A stretch of 57,892 nucleotides of DNA from positions 1 through 57,892 of the IMG/VR virus record IMGVR_UViG_3300022821_000022; one strand, given 5' to 3'. Source of the stretch: a virus (lineage: Duplodnaviria > Caudoviricetes). The first letter of the stretch is position 1, and each line of letters opens with the position of its first letter. Made by a program: the position numbers and the translations under genes. This document shows, piece after piece, positions 53,206 to 57,892 of the stretch. The notes under the pieces were generated by a model. It saw nothing but the letters and a program-made list of their open reading frames with translations, was not told the DNA's origin and did not search any database.

Positions 53206-54075
53206 CTAAGCGAGTCTAGTCTGTTTTGGGATCTTAATAACTTGCCCGGTATCTGGGTCCGTAATGTAGGTCCCTTCTTCATTGTTTCCGTTGCTAAGGC
53301 GCTCAGTCGGGGTTGCCATAGCAACGCTGTTCGATTGCTCTCGGGCCTGTTGTTGGGCCACATCGCTTGTCGTGCCGACACCGGCAGGGGTGCGGTTCCC
53401 CATAAGCCCAGTCGCGCCCGCGAAATTATAATTATCCCCGCGAGCCTCAAGTTGCTTGGTTCCATCGTCGCCAGAGAGAGCGTTGGCTGCCCCACCAGCG
53501 AAGCCAGAAATCAACATGGCCTGCGGAATCGTAAGGCCGCCTGCTGTAGCCCCGCCGCCTGCTGTTGTTATTGGCACCCCAGTCGCGGCGAAACCTTCTC
53601 CTAAACTCACAGCGTTTATGGGTGCCGTGTTAGCAACACCAGAGGCGAGACCGGGGCCAGCCAAGGAGGCGGGGGCGGTAGTGCCAAGGCCAGGAGCAGC
53701 AGCGGCGAGTCCTGGGAGTTCTATGCCTGCAAGGACAGCACCGCCACCAACCGCGGCGCCAGCCAATGCGCCATAGCCCATATATTTCGTAATTTTCTTG
53801 CCGGTCGCAGCGGCGTAAACGCCACCAGCGGCAGCGCCATATCCTGCATACGTGATCGCGCCGATGAGGAAGGGACTGTTTATCCCAACGGTGGCAAGGG
53901 CGCCGGTTACACCGCTCGCCAAACCGCCCCCCAAAACGGTGCCAGCCAGTGCCGGGATCGCGGCTCCTACGGTTAAGACGACGGCGGCGACCGCTAGAAC
54001 GATCGGGACGACGACCTTGGCGACCTTAATGACTTTCTTAAAGACCTTGCCAACGGCCTTGATTACGCCACTCAT
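53206..54075 (-). CDS. Putative ejection / DNA-transfer protein
   Basis: MSGVIKAVGKVFKKV amphipathic start followed by hydrophobic Gly/Ala segments. Confidence 0.65.
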   Translation of the reverse strand: MSGVIKAVGKVFKKVIKVAKVVVPIVLAVAAVVLTVGAAIPALAGTVLGGGLASGVTGALATVGINSPFLIGAITYAGYGAAAGGVYAAATGKKITKYMGYGALAGAAVGGGAVLAGIELPGLAAAAPGLGTTAPASLAGPGLASGVANTAPINAVSLGEGFAATGVPITTAGGGATAGGLTIPQAMLISGFAGGAANALSGDDGTKQLEARGDNYNFAGATGLMGNRTPAGVGTTSDVAQQQAREQSNSVAMATPTERLSNGNNEEGTYITDPDTGQVIKIPKQTRLA

Positions 54076-54569
54076 GCGGCTTCCTTTCTTTCTCTCACAA
54101 TCTCACGCTCAAAGATTAACCCGCTACGGCGGAAACCATGGCGCTCGTAGACCTTCGCAATACGTTCCGGGTCCTCAAGCATATCGGTTGCCCCTGGGCG
54201 GATAACGGCAATGCGCGGTGTGCGCTCTGCCCACTCATAAAAGCTATTCAGGAGCTTGAGGTATGCCTTCGCTGGCGCATCCGGCGTCACGTAGAATTGA
54301 GCATCGACCGCCTCGAACCTCTCTCCAACAAGGCCAATCCTTTGCTGCATCCCAATATGGTAGCCCTGGATCTGCCCGTCCTGCTCGACCACGTTTACCC
54401 AGGTCCCGGCAGGAGAACGGTTCTCATTATTGAAAACAATCTCACGCAGCAAGCCCTTGGCGTAGGTGTGGTCCACCCCGCATAGGTCCCGATAACGCGA
54501 CTTCGCCCCGGCTTCGACCATAAGATCAGCCATCCGGCGAGTGTCGGTCATGGTGGCGAGGCGGATCAT
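54072..54569 (-). CDS. GNAT-fold acetyltransferase-like protein
   Basis: MIRLATMTD, FYVTP and KVYERHGFR motifs. Confidence 0.75.
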   Translation of the reverse strand: MIRLATMTDTRRMADLMVEAGAKSRYRDLCGVDHTYAKGLLREIVFNNENRSPAGTWVNVVEQDGQIQGYHIGMQQRIGLVGERFEAVDAQFYVTPDAPAKAYLKLLNSFYEWAERTPRIAVIRPGATDMLEDPERIAKVYERHGFRRSGLIFEREIVRERKEAA

Positions 54570-55708
54570 TGGACAAACCCGGTCGGGGTTTGCGGTGTTT
54601 GCGGAACTTCGTCGGGCGTGCGATCCCAGGTGAGATCTACGCTGTATATCTGTTCGGCTAGATCTAGTTCAGCATCCCTTCGCAAGGAAGCATCCCGTAT
54701 CAAGGCATTGCGCTGTGTCGCTGGAATATCAGAGTTCGCATTAACTGAGGACACGTAAGACGTATAGGTCGCGTTTGCATTGGCAACCGCATTCTGTATG
54801 TTCGTGTTCCTCTGCATTTCTATGGTGTCAGCGGTGTTTTGGTCGCGGGAGTCCCGGTCTAGCCCAGCCTCATTAAAGCGGTCGGCTGATATCTTCTCGT
54901 CAGAGGTAAGCTGAAGGCCTTGGCGCTCTTTCGCCGCTGCGTCGGCCATGCCCTGTATCGCGGCACGGTTCACGCCATCAGCGAGAAGGCGCTGCATAGC
55001 AGAGGCGTCCTGCTGGGCCTGAATCTCTTTTTGGCCCGTAATCTGCTGGTCCTGTAGCTGCGTGTTGTACCCGAATCCCTGCGCGGCAAGGTTCTTTTGG
55101 TGTGTCTGGCTCGCGTCCTGCGTGGCAATTTCCATCGCCACGCCAAGCCCAGCCTTGGTGCCTTCGCCGGCCGCCATGGACGAATTAACCAGGCCCCGCT
55201 TGTTCATGGTTTTCATGGCCTCGCCACGGGCCTTTTCCATGAGCGGGCTTGTAGACGCGATCAATCCAGGAAGGCGGCTCTCAACCGTATCGTTCGCCAT
55301 TTGTGGCTGGTCGGTAAGAACGGAGTCCTGGCCTTGTGCGGCAGGCAGGTTCGGCAATCCGGGTGCTGCCGGAGTTGCCGGAGTTGCCGGAGTTGCCGGA
55401 GTTGCCGGAGTCGCTGCGGGAGGAGCAGACAAGCCCGCTCGACGCGCAGAAAGAGAGGCGGCGATCCGTCTGGCCGACGCACCATGGTTAGGGTCGTTAA
55501 ACCGAGACTCATGGCCTGCGATTTCCCGGTCCAGGGCGCCGATATCGGTAATCGAGCTACCATTAGATATCAGGCGGTCCTCAAACCCCTGGAATTCGCT
55601 AGACTTCGCCCAATCTGTATCGGACAGGCTGGACCCCTTACGCGCTGCGGCGTAATCGGAATTAATTAGATCCCGTTCTTCCTGTCCTGTTATTGGGTTC
55701 ACAGCCAT
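54566..55708 (-). CDS. Putative internal virion protein with Pro-Ala-Thr repeat
   Basis: NKRGLVNSSMA motif typical of podovirus ejection proteins; Gln-rich helices. Confidence 0.65.
   Translation of the reverse strand: MAVNPITGQEERDLINSDYAAARKGSSLSDTDWAKSSEFQGFEDRLISNGSSITDIGALDREIAGHESRFNDPNHGASARRIAASLSARRAGLSAPPAATPATPATPATPATPAAPGLPNLPAAQGQDSVLTDQPQMANDTVESRLPGLIASTSPLMEKARGEAMKTMNKRGLVNSSMAAGEGTKAGLGVAMEIATQDASQTHQKNLAAQGFGYNTQLQDQQITGQKEIQAQQDASAMQRLLADGVNRAAIQGMADAAAKERQGLQLTSDEKISADRFNEAGLDRDSRDQNTADTIEMQRNTNIQNAVANANATYTSYVSSVNANSDIPATQRNALIRDASLRRDAELDLAEQIYSVDLTWDRTPDEVPQTPQTPTGFVQ
55367..55411. repeat. 9-bp tandem repeat (TGCCGGAGT)x5
   Basis: Five perfect copies encoding (TPA)n on the minus strand. 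Confidence 0.95.
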
Positions 55709-55710
55709 GG

Positions 55711-56121
55711 TTAGGCCTCCGGCCAGTTGTCTAAAATCGACGCCGCTTCAACGTCTGTAATTATCCCGCTTGCCTCAAGCACGCCAAGATAAGCAACCGT
55801 CAATTCATCGTCGTGCGTCATAGACTGCGCCGCAAGATAGCCCTCATACGCAAGCCAAACGTTATCGTCAGTCGTTGCCGCCTTCGTGTCCTTGTCTATT
55901 TTTCTGAACCGCTGGACCGTGAGAAGTGTTGCTAGATATGCGCGGAATCCAGCAGGTGTGAGTTCACGGTAAGCTGAAGCAGGTGCTGGTTTGACGACAG
56001 GGACAGGCCCAAGGTCATTCACCGAAGCCACACCGGGAGTTCCGGTCCAGATGTCACGTTTAGAGACAGCCGTGTTTGTTGAACCGTCTTTTTTTGTGAG
56101 TCTGTAATTACGTAAACTCAT
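55711..56121 (-). CDS. Tail-fibre-associated (assembly/chaperone-like) protein
   Basis: ATGA-coupled downstream of the Gly-rich fibre gene; ends GIITDVEAASILDNWP. Confidence 0.5.
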   Translation of the reverse strand: MSLRNYRLTKKDGSTNTAVSKRDIWTGTPGVASVNDLGPVPVVKPAPASAYRELTPAGFRAYLATLLTVQRFRKIDKDTKAATTDDNVWLAYEGYLAAQSMTHDDELTVAYLGVLEASGIITDVEAASILDNWPEA

Positions 56122-57179
56122 ACTAGCGCACCCCAAATTTCAAGAACGATATAGCCGCCACCACCTAATCCGGCATCACCGTTACCGCCGCCGCCGCCAC
56201 CACCTAATCCGCCATCGCCTCCTTTTGATCCGGTCCCAGACCCAGCACCGCCACCGCCACCAAATATTCCACCGTCACCACCTGTACCAATGCTTGCGCC
56301 TTTAGAGTTAGCGGCTCCACCGCCCGCAAAATCACCCCCAGCACCGCCAACCGGTGTAGTATAGCCTGAAGCAGCGCCACCGCCGCCACCGGGCTCACCG
56401 TCGCCCGCCGTTGTGGCGCTTCCGTCACCACCGGCACCACCGCACATTCTCCAGCCATCGATGCGCGGAAAAGAGCTGCTACTGGCTAGACCGGCATTTA
56501 CAACTCCGCCTGTCGTACCACTCGCATCGCTATCAGCGCCGCCACCGCCACCGCCAGTTGTTGTTGAGGAAGTCGTGGCGATACCATTGACGCCAGCGCC
56601 GCCGCTTGTGTGATTCGTGGTTGTTGCCGTTGTTCCGGCTGTTAGAATACTTGCGCCACCAGCACACGATACATTGACACCAGCGTTGCCGCCGTTAGAC
56701 CCGTTACCCCACGGACCACCGGGCGAACCACCACCACCCATACAGTTTACCCAGGCGCTTGTTCCGCCGTCGCCACCATCCGCATTGTCTATATTACCGT
56801 CTGCACCAGTGCCACCCGCTGCGGCAGTGCTATCAATTTGGCCCTGTTCACCGCCAGGAGCCGTAACAGTCCACGTTCCGTTTGAAACAGTGCTAGAGCT
56901 TCCATCGGTATTTTTAGCAGCAGCAGCCGCAACCGTAGCTGTGATTGTTTCACCTTCAACCAGAACACGCAAATCATGAGCCCAGGCCGCACCCGCACCG
57001 CCACCGGGCTTTGTATTATCAGCCCCGCCGCCACCGCCACCCATTACCCTAGAAACGATCTGCTTCATTCCAGCGGTAACTGTAAAACTATCAGAAGCGG
57101 TTAACTCCATCGTTTTGATAAGGGCTAGACCACCCCCAACCGCAGCGGCAGCCGGGGCGTTATCTCCATAAAGGCCCAT
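56118..57179 (-). CDS. Glycine-rich tail fibre / receptor-binding protein
   Basis: Very Gly-rich (GGGGG runs), FTV..G start and GGGGYIVLEIW end typical of glycine-rich domains. Confidence 0.7.
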   Translation of the reverse strand: MGLYGDNAPAAAAVGGGLALIKTMELTASDSFTVTAGMKQIVSRVMGGGGGGADNTKPGGGAGAAWAHDLRVLVEGETITATVAAAAAKNTDGSSSTVSNGTWTVTAPGGEQGQIDSTAAAGGTGADGNIDNADGGDGGTSAWVNCMGGGGSPGGPWGNGSNGGNAGVNVSCAGGASILTAGTTATTTNHTSGGAGVNGIATTSSTTTGGGGGGADSDASGTTGGVVNAGLASSSSFPRIDGWRMCGGAGGDGSATTAGDGEPGGGGGAASGYTTPVGGAGGDFAGGGAANSKGASIGTGGDGGIFGGGGGAGSGTGSKGGDGGLGGGGGGGNGDAGLGGGGYIVLEIWGALV

Positions 57180-57520
57180 TAGACTGTCTCCCGATCGACC
57201 CAGCCATCCAGGACAATCATGCTCGATACGGCCGCGTATGCCGTAAGGGCAAGAGTGCTTTGGAGTATCGTTCTATCAAGGAGCGTGACGTGCCCTAGCG
57301 AGGATGGAACGGGAATCTCAGTAAGTTTTGCCCCGTCCTTTTCGAGGGTTAGCAATCGCGCCTCGCTGTCCAGGTTCATCGCCCGCACCGTCACATAGTC
57401 CGTCGTCCCTGACGTTGAGCCAGAGGTATGAACCGTGGTGTTGAGGCTGGATATCCCGGCAACCATGATAGGCCGCCCGTTAAGGCCAGCAGAGAAGGGA
57501 ATTCGTACAATCGTGCTCAT
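57179..57520 (-). CDS. Small tail-region virion protein
   Basis: 113 aa, TAATG-coupled on both sides. Confidence 0.7.
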   Translation of the reverse strand: MSTIVRIPFSAGLNGRPIMVAGISSLNTTVHTSGSTSGTTDYVTVRAMNLDSEARLLTLEKDGAKLTEIPVPSSLGHVTLLDRTILQSTLALTAYAAVSSMIVLDGWVDRETV

Positions 57521-57892
57521 TATGCACCTGCATATAGTTGTGACCGCAGGACAAGATCGCCCTGCTCGGCTGTTTGGTTTAAGGCCAATACGTTTGCGAG
57601 AGTTACCTTGCGTTTCGCAGATAACCCCTCGTCATATATGGCAACGGTATCGTCCTCAGAGGGAGAGGCCTGGGCGGCCAGCCCGTCGATATCAAACGTG
57701 GTAATCGCGCCCACGTCGATTAGAGGATTAACAATGCGCCAATGGTTGCCCGTTGAATTGTAGGCAACGTCCGTAAAGGCATTGAGGAGCAATTCGCCGC
57801 CGGTTAACGCAGCGCCAGCAAATGTCACGACAGCCAAAGCGCCAAGTGCGCTCGCGTTAAGTGTGGCGGCCCCCGTGTTGGTCGCAACAGGT
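57383..57892. repeat. Right copy (allele B) of imperfect terminal repeat
   Basis: See 1-609. Confidence 0.95.
57520..57892 (-). CDS. 3' part of tail protein allele B (partial)
   Basis: Homologous to 138-609, with one repeat module fewer. Confidence 0.85.
   Translation of the reverse strand, partial: PVATNTGAATLNASALGALAVVTFAGAALTGGELLLNAFTDVAYNSTGNHWRIVNPLIDVGAITTFDIDGLAAQASPSEDDTVAIYDEGLSAKRKVTLANVLALNQTAEQGDLVLRSQLYAGA

Noticed and set aside
57383-57892. True direct terminal repeat of the packaged genome
   Set aside because: Physical terminal repeats are copied identically; these copies differ internally and cut through genes, which fits an assembly overlap or bubble better.
1-57892. tRNA or rRNA genes
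   Set aside because: Intergenic spaces are short and no T-loop/cloverleaf pattern was noticed by eye; tRNAscan-SE would be needed to exclude them formally.

Overview
The window is most likely one complete ~57.3-kb circularly permuted genome of a tailed phage with podovirus-type morphogenesis genes. The host is probably an alphaproteobacterium, inferred only from the families of its small regulatory and replication genes. Positions 1-609 and 57383-57892 are the same locus present as two different alleles of a tail gene, differing by a net in-frame 99-bp indel plus substitutions. A divergent promoter region at ~27260-27440 splits the genome. A short rightward arm (27439-~36400) holds small early genes, a Bet-type recombinase, LexA-DBD and XRE regulators and a mosaic of gene fragments. 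A long leftward arm holds a Cro-like regulator, RepA-type helicase, DUF1376 initiator with iterons, DNA methyltransferase, a sugar-modification cluster, TerS/TerL, portal, scaffold, N4-gp56-type capsid and adaptor/tail genes. Across the circular junction it continues with tail-fibre and ejection proteins, a 3715-aa polyvalent helicase/methylase/peptidase/LPD38 protein, a TPR glycosyltransferase and the lysis cassette. The best candidate for a new system is a phage-encoded protein-glycosylation pathway: RmlB, a DegT aminotransferase, WbqC, three methyltransferases, an FAD oxidoreductase, a GT41-like transferase and a separate FlmG/FlbA-like transferase, all in the late arm. No integrase, CI repressor, DNA polymerase, tRNA, CRISPR array or reverse transcriptase was recognised. 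All family assignments come from motif recognition, not database searches.
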